This document shows positions 63,260 to 64,000 of a DNA stretch of 64,000 nucleotides, piece after piece. This stretch comes from Octopus sinensis (lineage: Eukaryota), in the NCBI RefSeq assembly GCF_006345805.1, contig NC_043013.1:42470001-42534000 (forward strand). The letters are read 5' to 3'. The translations under genes were made by a program, and so were the position numbers. Below the pieces are notes generated by a model. It was not told where the DNA came from. It saw only the letters and a program-made list of their open reading frames with translations, and did not search any database. How positions within the stretch are numbered: the stretch's first letter is position 1; each line of letters starts with the position of its first letter.

Positions 63260-63514
63260 CAATAGTCCTTAACCGGGTCCATATGTCCCTTGTGGGGTCC
63301 ATATAAGATTTTGTTATTAAAATTTATCCCCAATTAATTGGTTATATTTCTACCATTCATAAAGTATTTTAACAATTTTTTTAATACAATTCCTAATAAT
63401 ATTTAATTATAAAAATATAATGGGGTTTTTAAAACCTCAAATGGCTATGAGGGTCCACCTGAGTAAAATAGAAATCAAAGGAGCCCATAGGCAAAAAATG
63501 GTTGAGGACCACTG
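63260..63514. mobile_element. hAT-type MITE
   Basis: TIRs CAATAGTCCTTAACC / GGTTGAGGACCACTG; 8-bp TSD-like CATTACAT/TATTAGAT with central TA. A fragment of the same end lies at about 51256-51340 in the opposite orientation. Confidence 0.7.
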
Positions 63515-64000
63515 TATTAGATAATGTAGTCTACAGTACTCCGTTCCTCAACTGCCTTTAATCATTAGCCTTCATGAACAGGATTGACATTGGGCTAAAC
63601 CAAGGGTCAGCTAACTGTTTTTTATCCAATTACCCCGAAATATATTTATTTACATCGACGTTACCCACTAGATTTGAATGGAAGAAAATCATAGATAACA
63701 GGGAACACATTTTGTTTTTTATATAATTTTACTTATGTCTAATGAGTCCTTATTACCACCACAAATTTAATTTTTACCCCATTTGGGGTAATTTACTCTG
63801 GTTCACCAAACCCTTGGCTAAACAATTAAATATATCTTGTTATCAATCCACCTGTCTATGGATCTATCTATATATCAATTCACCCATTTGTGTATCAATC
63901 TAGGCATCTCTCAGTCTATATAAATAATCCAGTTATTAGCCCATATGACAATTTAGTCATCATGTGTGGTAAGAATTTTGCTTCCCAACCACATGGTCCC

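Overview
This is AT-rich, microsatellite-dense eukaryotic DNA. Its tRNA-derived SINE families look, from recollection rather than a search, like those of octopus or another coleoid cephalopod. Almost all ORFs in the supplied track are microsatellite or SINE artefacts. The one well-supported host coding feature is a 198-bp exon at 60535-60732 (+) encoding the Cys-rich ectodomain start of a BMP type II receptor (BMPR2/wishful-thinking-like), with phase-1 splice sites on both sides. A CpG-rich zone at about 14-27.7 kb probably contains the gene's 5' end, with a candidate signal-peptide exon near 17.8 kb, so most of the window is probably a ~43-kb first intron. The rest is a nested transposon graveyard: more than 30 copies of one SINE family plus two other SINE families, RTE LINE remnants carrying a PHD-like finger inside the RT, a Penelope-like GIY-YIG remnant, mariner/Tc1 remnants, two non-autonomous Helitrons, hAT MITEs, and six copies of a GG...CC/8-bp-TSD (Merlin-like) MITE. 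The most intriguing signal is a small ~200-250-nt repeat family, two copies of it in tandem, that carries a minimal type I hammerhead-ribozyme-like motif (retrozyme/Penelope-like). No CRISPR array, rRNA gene or true tRNA gene was found. SINE and LINE boundaries are approximate (about +/-10-20 bp). TIR, TSD and splice coordinates were counted base by base.
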